A stretch of DNA of 59,386 nt, the filler included. It is 5 parts of 5 records of this genome, joined end to end, with 100 filler letters (N's around TTAATTAATTAA, not from the genome) between each part and the next. Parts side by side here need not be neighbours in the genome. Positions count along the whole stretch, not along the records: positions 32,313 to 50,783 come from SRR2962707_1813; 4 more parts are not named here. One strand, written 5' to 3'. Below, one piece after another: positions 41,374-50,883 of the stretch (position 1 is the first letter of the stretch; every line of letters starts with the position of its first letter). A program made the position numbers and the translations under genes. The notes under the pieces were generated by a model. The model was given only the letters and a program-made list of their open reading frames with translations. It searched no databases and had not been told where the DNA came from.

Positions 41374-43268
41374 CGTTCTTCCGGCAGGCCGAGATCGAGA
41401 TCGGGCAACTCCGGCAATTCCGCGTCTTCGCGCTTCGGATGGCCCGCATTGCGTGTCGAGAGCCTGCGCCAGGCCCAGTTGACGCGTGCCTCGCCCCGGA
41501 AGACGCGGCCTGCGACGACGATCTGCTCGGCGCGCCGTGTCGCGTCACCGGAGCCGAGATAGACGCTTTCCTCAATGGCGATTTCGCATTCGCCGCCGCC
41601 GGAGCGCGCGCGGAATTGCCAGCCGTCGCCGTTTGGCAGCATCACCAGCACGTTCATGCGGTCATGGGCGAGCGAGATGCGGGCATCCGGGTGGATGTGG
41701 AAGCGGATTGCGAAATCCGGGTCTTGCGGCGGCTTGTGCCAGTAACGCCGCTGCCAGGGCCGCGCGCGGAGCGGGCGGGGCGCCGTTTCGAGCATGTCCT
41801 CGCCGCGCAGGTCTTCGCCCGTCGCCGAAAGGAAGAAGCGGCGGCGATGGATGAGGTTGAAAAGCCCGACATAGCCGTCATGCGCCGTTTCGAGCCAGAC
41901 GCCTGCCTCGTTCTCATTGCGGCGGCTGTCGACCTCGACCGGGCCTTCCATCACGCGCCCGCCGAGCAGAAGCCGCGTGAGCTTGCCCTTCAGCATCCGC
42001 GCCGACGATGTATCGGCCAGCACCAGCGTCGAATGCGCCGCCGTCGCGCGGCTTGCGGCCTCCCAGTCGGGGCCGAGCACTTTCGTTGCGCCGCAATTCA
42101 CGATCATGCGGGCACGGCCCGCGCTCATCTCGAAGGCGAGGCAGCCCGCATGGGCCTCGTGACTGAAGGGGCCGGGCGGCGGCCTGCCGGTATCGACGAC
42201 GAGGCTCGCAGGGCCGGCGGCCAGGCGCTGATAGCCCGAATGCGGCGCGAAGCCGAAGGGCCGCCCCTTGGCGTCGTCGCGGTCGAAGACGGCGTCGATC
42301 GCGCCTTCCGGGCCTTCGGTCGAGCCGTTGAAGAGCGCCAGCTTGCCGTCGCCGTGCCGGAAGAAGCGCAGCATCGGCGTCATCCGGTCGATGGCGTCGC
42401 GCACGGGCTTCGGCACCTCGATGCGGCGCGTGGTCAGCGCATCGCGCAGCGAAATCAGGTCGAGCAGGATCGACAATTGCGCCGACGGGTTGCGGCTGAC
42501 ATGGCCGCCATCGGCAAGGATCTGCCGGTCGAGTTCGCGGCAGAGCAGCATCAACCCCTTTTTCAACCGCTTGTGGCCTTCGGACAGGCAGAGGCCGGAA
42601 AAGGCGAGGCCCATCGCCGCCGTGATGCGCGGTTCGCCCGCGGGCGCAATCGAGGCGACGCGGGCGAGGTGGCGCGCCTGACGCGCCATGTTGCGCAACA
42701 GCGTCGAGCGGTAGACGAGTTCGGTGCCGTCGATGATGAGCGCGCCGTTGGCGACCCATGAGGTGAGGCGCCGCCCGATCACCTGCGGACGCCACGCGAT
42801 GTCGTGCCAGTTGCCTTCGGTCTCGATCCAGTCGGCGACGAGCTTCTGCGCATAGCGCTGCGCCGTGTCGCCATTGTTCGCTTCGTGCGCCGCCGTGAAA
42901 TGGCGCAGCCATGAGAAGCCGTGGAGTTCTTCCGCCCATGTTTCGCTTGGCGGATCGGCGGCGAAGGGCGAGGAGCCGCCGGGCGCACGCACCTGTCCGC
43001 CGGGCAGGAACCATCTTCCCTGAAAGAGTGCGTCCGCCGCGCTGGCGCGGCCGGGGCGGAGTTCCGGCGGATAAAGCACCATGTGGTCGGGCATCGGCCC
43101 GCGCAAAGTCTGCCCGTAGGCCCATGTGTCGAAGGCGCGGGCGAGCCCCGCATCGCGCGTCCTGACCAATGCCGCGCCCGCAAGGTCGATGGCGCGGTTT
43201 CCCGACGGCGCGGCCATGCGTGCCATGGCGCCGCCGTTCCGTCCGGTTGTGGTTCGCGCTGCGGCCAT
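41370..43268 (-). CDS. Heparinase II/III family protein
   Basis: LHGFSWLRH, QILADGGHVSRNP, FFRHGDG.LALFNG, AHAGCLAFE, R.TAAHST, HDGY, FAIRFH; usual alphaproteobacterial position upstream of purH. Confidence 0.88.
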   Translation of the reverse strand: MAAARTTTGRNGGAMARMAAPSGNRAIDLAGAALVRTRDAGLARAFDTWAYGQTLRGPMPDHMVLYPPELRPGRASAADALFQGRWFLPGGQVRAPGGSSPFAADPPSETWAEELHGFSWLRHFTAAHEANNGDTAQRYAQKLVADWIETEGNWHDIAWRPQVIGRRLTSWVANGALIIDGTELVYRSTLLRNMARQARHLARVASIAPAGEPRITAAMGLAFSGLCLSEGHKRLKKGLMLLCRELDRQILADGGHVSRNPSAQLSILLDLISLRDALTTRRIEVPKPVRDAIDRMTPMLRFFRHGDGKLALFNGSTEGPEGAIDAVFDRDDAKGRPFGFAPHSGYQRLAAGPASLVVDTGRPPPGPFSHEAHAGCLAFEMSAGRARMIVNCGATKVLGPDWEAASRATAAHSTLVLADTSSARMLKGKLTRLLLGGRVMEGPVEVDSRRNENEAGVWLETAHDGYVGLFNLIHRRRFFLSATGEDLRGEDMLETAPRPLRARPWQRRYWHKPPQDPDFAIRFHIHPDARISLAHDRMNVLVMLPNGDGWQFRARSGGGECEIAIEESVYLGSGDATRRAEQIVVAGRVFRGEARVNWAWRRLSTRNAGHPKREDAELPELPDLDLGLPEER

Positions 43269-43302
43269 GTCCGCGGCCCTTCCGTTCACGCGCGTTCGCC
43301 CG

Positions 43303-43962
43303 TCAGGCGCCGCGCAGCGCCGCGATGTTTTTTGCGTAGGCCGACGGCCCGCCCTTGAATGTCGCCGTGCCCGCGACCAGCACGGTCGCGCCGGCGGCGA
43401 TGGCGCGCGGCGCGGTGTCGAAATTGATGCCGCCATCGACTTCGAGTTCGACGGCGAGACCTTCCTCGTCGATCCGCTTGCGGATGACTTCGATGCGGGC
43501 AAGCTGGCTTTCGATGAAACTCTGCCCGCCGAAGCCGGGGTTCACCGACATGACGAGCACGAGGTCGATATCGCCAAGCAATGGCCACAGCATTTCGAGC
43601 GGCGTACCGGGATTGAGCGACAGCCCCGCCTTGCAGCCCGCCTGCTTGATCGCCTGGATCGTGCGGTGGGGGTGCGGGCCTGCTTCGGGGTGGAAGGTGA
43701 TGATGTCCGCGCCTGCCTTCGCGAAGGCGTCGATATAGAGGTCGACCGGCGAGATCATCAGGTGGACGTCGAAGACCTTGTCCGAATGCGGCTTCAGCGC
43801 CTTCAAAACGTCGGGCCCGATAGTGATGTTCGGCACGAAATGCCCGTCCATCACATCGACATGGATGTAGTCCGCGCCCGCTTCCGTGATGGCGCGGACC
43901 TCCTCGCCCAGCCGGGCGAAGTCGGAGGCCAGAATGGACGGGGCGATCTTGATGCCGCTCAT
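43303..43962 (-). CDS. rpe: Ribulose-phosphate 3-epimerase
   Basis: IAPSIL.SDF, HVDVMDGHFVPN, DVHLM, MSVNPGFGGQ, VDGG, LVAG. Confidence 0.97.
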   Translation of the reverse strand: MSGIKIAPSILASDFARLGEEVRAITEAGADYIHVDVMDGHFVPNITIGPDVLKALKPHSDKVFDVHLMISPVDLYIDAFAKAGADIITFHPEAGPHPHRTIQAIKQAGCKAGLSLNPGTPLEMLWPLLGDIDLVLVMSVNPGFGGQSFIESQLARIEVIRKRIDEEGLAVELEVDGGINFDTAPRAIAAGATVLVAGTATFKGGPSAYAKNIAALRGA

Positions 43963-44102
43963 GACGCGAAGCTCTTGTGGTGGGTGATCCCGCAGCCTAC
44001 TGCATTTTGCATTCCGGGCTTCTGAAATCAGTGATTAACAGCTAGGTTCACGGGGTGCAAGAAAGAGCGGGCCGGGCCGCGCTCTGTCTGTTCGGGGGCT
44101 AT

Positions 44103-44894
44103 ATGTCTATCACGCTACCGGGACCGGTGCCTGCGCCGCAGGCACCGTCGCTCAATGCTCGTCAACGTCTCACCTGGTCGGCACATCTCTTCAAGGCACT
44201 TTTCTACCAGTATCACAGTGAATTCACGGAGCGGATCGCGCCGCTGGTGCCGGAAGACGGCGTCATCGTGGATGTCGGCGCGCATTCCGGCCAGTTCGCC
44301 AAGCTCTTTGCGCGGATGGTGCCGCGGGGCCGGGTTCACGCCTTCGAGCCCGGGGGCTATGCGCTGTCGATCCTCGGGCCGGTGGTGCGGTTCCGTCGCT
44401 TGCGCAATGTCGAGATCGTGCGTGCCGGGCTTTCCGACAAGCCGGGCACGGAGGTGCTCCATGTGCCGCTCAAGAAGCGCGGCACGCTCGGCTTCGGGCT
44501 CGCCCATATCGGTGCGGAGCTGAGCGGCCGCGATGTCGTCTCGCAGCAGATCGAGCTCACGACGCTCGACCTCTTCGCACATGAGCGGAACCTGACAAGG
44601 CTCGATTTCGTGAAAGCTGATATCGAGGGCTGGGAGCCACATTTCCTGCGCGGCGCGCGCGAGACCATCGCGCGGCTTCGGCCCTCCGTCATGATCGAGG
44701 TGTCGCCGAAGCAGCTTGCGCAATCGGGCTCCACGCCGGCGGAAATCTTTTCGGTCTTCGCGCCGCCCGGCTACCGCATCTTCAGGACCTTCGAGCGCGA
44801 GGGCTACCGGCTCCATCCGGCGCAAGGCTTCGAGGGGCTCGCGGATTATCTTTTCGTGCCGGAGGAAAAGGCGGCGTGTCTCGCCGCCGGGTGA
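44103..44894 (+). CDS. FkbM family methyltransferase
   Basis: VDVGAHSG, VHAFEP, TTLD, FVKADIEGWE...L.GA..TI...RP. Confidence 0.88.
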   Translation: MSITLPGPVPAPQAPSLNARQRLTWSAHLFKALFYQYHSEFTERIAPLVPEDGVIVDVGAHSGQFAKLFARMVPRGRVHAFEPGGYALSILGPVVRFRRLRNVEIVRAGLSDKPGTEVLHVPLKKRGTLGFGLAHIGAELSGRDVVSQQIELTTLDLFAHERNLTRLDFVKADIEGWEPHFLRGARETIARLRPSVMIEVSPKQLAQSGSTPAEIFSVFAPPGYRIFRTFEREGYRLHPAQGFEGLADYLFVPEEKAACLAAG

Positions 44895-44897
44895 GGT

Positions 44898-45647
44898 TCA
44901 GCGCTTGCGCGCCAGCACCTTCAGCGCGGGCTTCAGGCTCCAGACGAAGCGGATCACGTCGAAGCCGTGCCGGTCGAGAAAGCGCGTCATCGAATCCTTC
45001 GTGAAATAAAGGATGTGATGCGGCGGGAAGACCTGGTCCCATTCGGGAAAATTCGCGGGCACGCGCCAGTGTCCGGCGTCGGGCGTCGTGAGATAGAGCA
45101 GCGCGCCTGGCGCGAGCCGGGGTGTGAGCGCATCGAAATAGGCGTGCGGATCGGGAATGTGCTCGATCACTTCGGTCGAGAAGGCGAAGTCGAACGGGCC
45201 CCATTCCGGCGGCATGCTTTCGATGGGACCGGCGTGATACTTCCCGCCTGGAAAAACTTTCCGTGCAATGCCGACGCTTGCCCGGTCGATGTCGATGCCA
45301 TGCGCATCGAGGCCGAGTTCGCGCGCGGCTTCGACCGTCGTGCCGACATTGCAGCCGAGATCGACGAACCGGGCGCCCTTCGCCATGTCCCTGTAGCGCT
45401 TCAGGCGTTTGCGTGAGCGGACGACCTTCTTCTTCGCCTTGCGGGCGTAGCTGTCGTTCGAGGAATACTCGTCATAAATCGCCGCGACGTCCGAGCCTGT
45501 CGGCATCGGGTGAACGAAGCCGAAGCCGCACGCCCCGCAGCGAAACATCTGGTGGCCATTATATTCGCCGAGCGGCGTGAAGCTGGTGCCGCCGCAGATC
45601 ATGCAGCTCGCGGGCGTTTTGGCTTTTTCGGATGCGGTGTCGGGCAA
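44898..45647 (-). CDS. Class I SAM-dependent methyltransferase with N-terminal Zn-ribbon
   Basis: CxxC...CxxC, VDLGCNVG, GID, EVIEHIPDP, L.PGA.LYLTTPD, PPHH..YF. Confidence 0.85.
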   Translation of the reverse strand: MPDTASEKAKTPASCMICGGTSFTPLGEYNGHQMFRCGACGFGFVHPMPTGSDVAAIYDEYSSNDSYARKAKKKVVRSRKRLKRYRDMAKGARFVDLGCNVGTTVEAARELGLDAHGIDIDRASVGIARKVFPGGKYHAGPIESMPPEWGPFDFAFSTEVIEHIPDPHAYFDALTPRLAPGALLYLTTPDAGHWRVPANFPEWDQVFPPHHILYFTKDSMTRFLDRHGFDVIRFVWSLKPALKVLARKR

Positions 45648-45715
45648 GGGTGTCTTCCGGGAAATTCGGGCGCCAGCCTGCCTTTGGGGCCCCCGTTCGT
45701 CAATTGAATAGCATG

Positions 45716-47035
45716 TTAACCGCGTTCGAGCCGCGCGGCGAAGAAACCGTCCATGCCGCCTTCGATGCCCATGTGGCAGGGCAGGCTTCTGATGTCGCCT
45801 TCATCCGTCAGGATTTCGGCAAGCCCGCCGACTTCGCCCAAGCGGACAGGTTGGCGGCGGAACGCCGTGTTGGCGCCCAGAAAGCGGTCGACCTGGCGCA
45901 CACCCTCTTCGGGTTCGAGCGAACAGGTGCAATAGACGAGCGTGCCGCCCGGCGCGACGAGTGCTGCCGCGCGGTCGAGGTGCCGGGTCTGCAAGGCCGC
46001 GAGCTTGTCGCGGTCGGCGGGAGATTTGAGGTGCAGCACATCGGGGTGTCGCCGCGCCGTGCCCGTTGCCGTGCAGGGCGCATCGAGCAGGACTTTGTCC
46101 CACTGCCTGCCGGGGTCGTAAGCGCCTGCGTCCGCCACGACGGTTTCGGCGTTGAGGCCGAGGCGGGCGAGATTTTCCGTGAGGCGTTTGAGGCGCGGCT
46201 TCGAGCGGTCGAGCGCGGTGACGTTTGCGCCCTTCGCGGCGAGCGCCGCTGTCTTGCCGCCCGGCGCCGCGCAGAGGTCGAGCACGTCGTGGCCCATAAC
46301 ATCGCCGAGCAGTTTCACCGGCAGCGCCGCCGCCGCGTCCTGCACCCACCATGCGCCGTCGCCGAAGCCCTGCAGTTCCTCGATGCGGCCTGCATCGACG
46401 AGGCGCAGCGTTTCCGTCGGCAGCACGGTCGCGCCGAGCGTCTCCGCCCAGAGGCCAAGATCGTTCGCCACTTTCACCGACAGGTCGAGCGGCGGGTCTT
46501 CGTAGTGCGCGCGGATGATCGCGCGCGCCTTGTCCTCGCCATAGGCCGCTACCCAGCTCTCCCAGAGCCAGTCCGGCGTGTCGAGACGTTCCGTATCGAG
46601 AGTATCGAGAATGGCGTCGCCCTCGCGCGCGATGCGGCGCAGCACCGCGTTCACCAGCGCCTTGTAGTGTTGCGCGGCTTCGTCCCGCGAGGCGGCTTCC
46701 ACATTCATCGAAACGGCGGCGTGATGCGCAACGCGCAGGAACAGGATTTCAGCCGCCCCCGCGCGCAGGATGTTCATGGTCGCGCCGGCGCGCTTCGGCA
46801 ATTCCTTGTCGAGAAGCTGCGCCAGCACATGGTCGATGGTGCCGAGGCGGCGGATCGCGGTGGCGGCGATGGCGCGCGCAAAGGCTCGGTCGCGGGGTTC
46901 CGCGCGGGCGAGGCGCGGCCCCGCCGCTTCGTCGGCAAAGGCGTCGTCGAGCGCGCGGCGCTCCTTCAGGACGGCGGCGAGAATGGCCGCCGCGCCTTCG
47001 CGCGCGGCAAGGCCCGGTTCGGTTGTCGTTTTCAT
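45716..47035 (-). CDS. rsmB: RsmB/Sun (Fmu) 16S rRNA m5C methyltransferase
   Basis: NusB-like N-terminus (LVNAVLR), WVQDAAA, DLCAAPGGKT, LLDAPCTATGT.RRHPD, VYCTCSL..EE. Confidence 0.9.
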   Translation of the reverse strand: MKTTTEPGLAAREGAAAILAAVLKERRALDDAFADEAAGPRLARAEPRDRAFARAIAATAIRRLGTIDHVLAQLLDKELPKRAGATMNILRAGAAEILFLRVAHHAAVSMNVEAASRDEAAQHYKALVNAVLRRIAREGDAILDTLDTERLDTPDWLWESWVAAYGEDKARAIIRAHYEDPPLDLSVKVANDLGLWAETLGATVLPTETLRLVDAGRIEELQGFGDGAWWVQDAAAALPVKLLGDVMGHDVLDLCAAPGGKTAALAAKGANVTALDRSKPRLKRLTENLARLGLNAETVVADAGAYDPGRQWDKVLLDAPCTATGTARRHPDVLHLKSPADRDKLAALQTRHLDRAAALVAPGGTLVYCTCSLEPEEGVRQVDRFLGANTAFRRQPVRLGEVGGLAEILTDEGDIRSLPCHMGIEGGMDGFFAARLERG

Positions 47036-47085
47036 GGGCCGCTTTAGACCACAGGGGCCGCCCGCCGGGAAGGGGTTTGCTCGCC

Positions 47086-47949
47086 TTAGCTTCCGGCGCG
47101 GCCTGCCGCCTGCCGCATCGCCTGCGCCATCTCGCGCAGCGCGGAGATGCGATTCCCGGTTGCGGGGTGCGTCGAGAAGAGCTTGTCGCGGCCGCGCCCG
47201 TTCAGCGGATTGATGATGAACATATGCGCGGTGGCGGGGTTCGCTTCCGCCGCCTCGTTCGGTGCGCGGCGCGCCGCCTCGTCGATCCGTTCGAGCGCGG
47301 AGGCGAGCCAGAGCGGGTTGCCGGAAATTTCCGCGCCGCCCGCATCCGCCGAATATTCGCGGGTACGGCTGATCGCCATCTGCACCAGTGCGGCGGCCAT
47401 CGGCGCAAGGATCGCGAGCGCCAGCGTGCCGATGAAGCCGCCCGCGTTGCGGTTGCCGCCGAAGAACAGCGCGAAGTTCGCGAGCATCGAGATCGCACCC
47501 GCGATGGTGGCCGTCACCGTCATGGTCAGCGTGTCGCGGTTCCTGATGTGGGCAAGTTCATGCGCCATCACGCCCGCGAGTTCTTCGGGTGTCAGCATGC
47601 TGATGAGCCCGCTCGTCGCGGCGACGGCGGCATGTTCCGGGTCGCGCCCGGTCGCAAAAGCGTTCGGCTGCGGATTGTCGATGATGTAGGTCGCGGGCGC
47701 GGGAATGCCGGCGCGCTTCGCCAATTCGTTCACGATGCCGACGAAATTCGGTGCCGTGGTCTCGTCGACGGGCTGCGCCTTGTACATGCGCAGCACCATC
47801 TTGTCGGAGTTCCAGTAGGCGAAGAGGTTCATCGCGGCGGCGACAACGAAAGCGATCATCGCGCCTTTCGGACCGCCGATCAGGAAGCCAAGTCCCATGA
47901 AAAGCGCAGTCATGGCCGCGAGAAGCATGCCGGTTTTCAGCGTGTTCAT
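47086..47949 (-). CDS. htpX: Zinc metalloprotease HtpX
   Basis: [16 protein letters not shown] (HExxH), SRTREY.AD, FSTHP. Confidence 0.95.
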   Translation of the reverse strand: MNTLKTGMLLAAMTALFMGLGFLIGGPKGAMIAFVVAAAMNLFAYWNSDKMVLRMYKAQPVDETTAPNFVGIVNELAKRAGIPAPATYIIDNPQPNAFATGRDPEHAAVAATSGLISMLTPEELAGVMAHELAHIRNRDTLTMTVTATIAGAISMLANFALFFGGNRNAGGFIGTLALAILAPMAAALVQMAISRTREYSADAGGAEISGNPLWLASALERIDEAARRAPNEAAEANPATAHMFIINPLNGRGRDKLFSTHPATGNRISALREMAQAMRQAAGRAGS

Positions 47950-48071
47950 CGATTTCGTCTGTCACCTCTCGGGTTTCGTATCCGGTTTCCCGCCCCCTCC
48001 GGGGTGGAAGGGTGGGCCTGCCCGCTTTATATGTATCCTGAATGTGGCCGCTTCAAGAAAGGCATTCCGCG

Positions 48072-48275
48072 ATGGCGGATGACGAAAATCCCGAGGAGAA
48101 ACAGCCGCGCAAGGTTCTTTCACCCGCCGCGGCCCGCGCGCTCGCGGAAGCCGAGGCGCGCCGCCGCGAGGCGGATGCTGCGCCCGCGCGCCCGAAGGAG
48201 ATCGACGGGCGCGGCGGCGCGGAGCCCACGCGCTACGGCGACTGGGAAGTGAAGGGCATCGTCAGCGACTTCTGA
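48072..48275 (+). CDS. DUF1674 family protein
   Basis: AARALAEAEARR...PKE.DGRGG.EPTRYGDWEVKG..SDF. Confidence 0.9.
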   Translation: MADDENPEEKQPRKVLSPAAARALAEAEARRREADAAPARPKEIDGRGGAEPTRYGDWEVKGIVSDF

Positions 48276-48288
48276 CGGCGTAATTTCG

Positions 48289-49053
48289 ATGGGCGGGGGC
48301 CTGACTGAAGGAAAGAGTTTGCTCGAGAGGTTTTCGCCCCGCGTCCGCCGCGCGCTCGCCGTCGCCGGCGTCGTCTTCCGTTTCATTCTCTTTTTCGGCG
48401 GGCTCGGGTTTGCGGTCTGGTTCGCCGTCATCAAGTTTCCCGATGCCTATAATCCCTTCGTGCCGCCCGACATTCGCGACGAGCCGAACCTCGTCACCGG
48501 CCTGAAGCTCAAGGGTCTCGCCGACGAATACGATATCTGCGTTTCCGTCGTCCGGGCGTCCGGCACGAAATACCGCCGCGACAGCATTTCTTCAGACAGT
48601 GAAGGTTGCGGCATGCCCCAAGGGGTGCTGCTCGAACAATCGCAAATCTCCTACGGCGGCGGCATCAAGCTCACCTGTCCGGCGACGGCGGCGCTCCTCA
48701 TGTGGGAGCGCCACGTCGTTGCGCGCGCGGCGGCGGAACATTTCGGTTCTGACGTCATCCGCGTGCTTCACTACGGCACCTATGCCTGCCGGAATGTGAA
48801 CAACGCAGCGGCAGGCCGACGCAGCGGCCATGCGCGCGGTGATGCAATCGACATTGCGGGATTCGTTCTCGAAGACGGTCGCCGCATTACCGTGCTCGGC
48901 GACTGGGGTGAGGATACGGATGAAGGCCGGTTCCTCGCAGCCGTACATGAAGGCGCCTGCGGTCTGTTCTCCACCGTACTCGGCCCCGACTACAACGCCC
49001 TCCACGCGAACCATTTCCATTTCGAAATGGCACGGTGGGGGATCTGCCGGTGA
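48289..49053 (+). CDS. Extensin-like C-terminal domain protein
   Basis: N-terminal TM, LTCP.A, GTYACR, S.HA.GDAIDI.GF, AC..F.TVLGPDYN..H.NHFH. Confidence 0.85.
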   Translation: MGGGLTEGKSLLERFSPRVRRALAVAGVVFRFILFFGGLGFAVWFAVIKFPDAYNPFVPPDIRDEPNLVTGLKLKGLADEYDICVSVVRASGTKYRRDSISSDSEGCGMPQGVLLEQSQISYGGGIKLTCPATAALLMWERHVVARAAAEHFGSDVIRVLHYGTYACRNVNNAAAGRRSGHARGDAIDIAGFVLEDGRRITVLGDWGEDTDEGRFLAAVHEGACGLFSTVLGPDYNALHANHFHFEMARWGICR

Positions 49054-49056
49054 AGT

Positions 49057-49128
49057 CTAGAAAAGCAGATAGATCAGGATGATGACCGGGATCGGAATAC
49101 CAATCGCCCAGAGCAATATGCCACGCAT
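49057..49128 (-). CDS. 23-aa single-TM small protein MRGILLWAIGIPIPVIILIYLLF
   Basis: Minus-strand ATG 49128 to TAG 49057 with GGGAGA Shine-Dalgarno a few nt upstream; entirely hydrophobic; below ORF-track cutoff. Confidence 0.7.
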   Translation of the reverse strand: MRGILLWAIGIPIPVIILIYLLF

Positions 49129-49203
49129 TGTAATTCTCCCTGTTCGCATACTCACACACGTTTCAGGGGATAGAACGAGCGAAGCGGCGCGCGGGTTCCC
49201 TCG

Positions 49204-50064
49204 TCAGCCGATGTCGAGCCGGTAGCCGTCGCCGTCGCGCTTCACATGGCCGGCCGCCGGCGTCGCAAAATGCGTACCGATGACGAGCGTGTCTGCATCC
49301 GCCATTTCGGCGAGGAAAGATGCCCGCGTCTTCTCCGCCATGTCGCCATCGCTGTCGAAGCCGCTCCGCCAGCCGGTTCGCGCCATCTGGCAAGGGTGAT
49401 GCATCAGGTCGCCGGTGATGACGGCGTTCTCGCCTTTCGAGGAGATGACGATGCTGACATGGCCGGGCGTGTGGCCGGGTGTCGGGCGGAGCCGTACTTC
49501 GTCGCAGACAATGTGATCGTCCGCCACCAGGTCGGCAAGCCCCGCATCGAAGACCGGCTGCACGCTGTCACCGAGGATCGCCTTCGCGTCCGCATCTTCT
49601 TCCTGCTTCCAGAAGTCGTATTCGCGCTTGCCGACGAGGTAGCGCGCCTTCGGAAACGTCGGCACCCATTTGCCGTCGACCAGCATGGTGTTCCAGCCGA
49701 CATGATCGACGTGGAGATGCGTGCAGAGAACCGTGTCGACGCTGTCGCGCGTCCAGCCGGTTTTCTCGAAGTCCTTGAGGAACTGCGTCTGCAGCATGTT
49801 GAACACCGGGCTGACGCGGGGTTTGTCGTTGCCGATGCAGGTATCGACGATGATGCGCTTCGTCGGCGTTTCGATCAGCAGCGCCTGGATCGCGACGCGC
49901 ATATGCCCTTCGTCGGTCGCGAAATGCGGACGCAGCCAGCCGATCTCCTTCACGGCGTCCGGGTAAGCCTGCATCACCATCGAGTTCTCGCCGCCGCCCG
50001 GCAGCGCCACCTCGACCTCCACGACGCGCGTGATCTTCACGTCGCCAATCTGCCAATTCGCCAT
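49204..50064 (-). CDS. MBL-fold metallo-hydrolase
   Basis: IVDTCIGNDK, THLHVDHVGWN, PTFPKARY, PGHTPGH, TGDLMHH, GTHF; start MANWQIG after GGAGGG. Confidence 0.9.
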   Translation of the reverse strand: MANWQIGDVKITRVVEVEVALPGGGENSMVMQAYPDAVKEIGWLRPHFATDEGHMRVAIQALLIETPTKRIIVDTCIGNDKPRVSPVFNMLQTQFLKDFEKTGWTRDSVDTVLCTHLHVDHVGWNTMLVDGKWVPTFPKARYLVGKREYDFWKQEEDADAKAILGDSVQPVFDAGLADLVADDHIVCDEVRLRPTPGHTPGHVSIVISSKGENAVITGDLMHHPCQMARTGWRSGFDSDGDMAEKTRASFLAEMADADTLVIGTHFATPAAGHVKRDGDGYRLDIG

Positions 50065-50179
50065 GATTGCCCCTCCCTGACCCAAATTGCGAAGATGGTC
50101 AGTTAGGCATGGAGGGCGGCAGGTGCAAGAGCAAAAGCGAACCGTGTAGAAAGGAGCGAGCGCTTCGCGGAGGAAGACG

Positions 50180-50503
50180 ATGAATGGATCTGCCGAAGAA
50201 TTCTGGAAGACCGTGGCCGGTGATCTCGGCATCCGCGTCGATGTTTCTCCCGGCATCGTCCTGTCGGACGGCAGGTCTCTCAAGGTGGATGCGCTGGTGA
50301 CAGATTTCGGTGCGCGGCGCGGCATGCTCGTCGTGCAGGATTACGGCGTCATCAAGCCCTTCGCGAAACTTGTCGTTGCTGACGGCTATGGCTACTCGTC
50401 GAATATCGGCAGCGAGCCTTACGATCGCACCGGCATGATCGAAGTCTTGCGCGATTGGGGATGGATCGGTCCGTCGGAATTGAAGCCGGGCTGGTTGAGC
50501 TGA
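50180..50503 (+). CDS. Hypothetical protein
   Basis: 107-aa ORF with GGAGG SD, host-like codons, ends at terminator hairpin. Confidence 0.6.
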   Translation: MNGSAEEFWKTVAGDLGIRVDVSPGIVLSDGRSLKVDALVTDFGARRGMLVVQDYGVIKPFAKLVVADGYGYSSNIGSEPYDRTGMIEVLRDWGWIGPSELKPGWLS

Positions 50504-50508
50504 CTCAC

Positions 50509-50537
50509 GAAAAAGGGCCGCTCGATTGAGCGGCCCT
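50509..50537 (-). terminator. Rho-independent terminator (acs; possibly bidirectional)
   Basis: AGGGCCGCTC-gatt-GAGCGGCCCT hairpin with an A-run on + (U-run on -). Confidence 0.8.
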
Positions 50538-50563
50538 CGTTCATCGTCGCCTTGCGGGAAGCC

Positions 50564-50783
50564 TTATCCCGCCGCGCGGTTCTGCCGGTTGTCGACGAGG
50601 TCCGTCACCACGCCGGGGTCGGCCAGCGTCGAGGTGTCGCCGAGGTTCGAGAAGTCGTCTTCCGCGATCTTCCTCAAAATGCGCCGCATGATCTTGCCGG
50701 AGCGCGTTTTCGGCAGGCCGGGTGCGAACTGGATCAGGTCGGGCGAGGCGATGGGGCCGATTTCCTTCCGCACCCATTGCACC
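50564..50783 (-). CDS. acs: Acetyl-CoA synthetase, C-terminal fragment
   Basis: [43 protein letters not shown]. Confidence 0.95.
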
Positions 50784-50883
50784 NNNNNNNNNNNNNNNNN
50801 NNNNNNNNNNNNNNNNNNNNNNNNNNNTTAATTAATTAANNNNNNNNNNNNNNNNNNNNNNNNNNNNNNNNNNNNNNNNNNNN
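50784..50883. other. Artificial contig-joining spacer
   Basis: N-run with TTAATTAATTAA. Confidence 0.98.

Noticed and set aside
43269-43502. 710-aa version of the heparinase ORF overlapping rpe
   Set aside because: The extension overlaps rpe in another frame; a plausible start is at 43268 or just downstream
34546-48252. Long antisense or off-frame ORFs (34546-36024, 36546-38084, 39081-40613, 41319-42761, 45632-47047, 47023-48252)
   Set aside because: Shadow ORFs opposite well-supported genes in high-GC DNA; Arg/Ala-rich with no motifs
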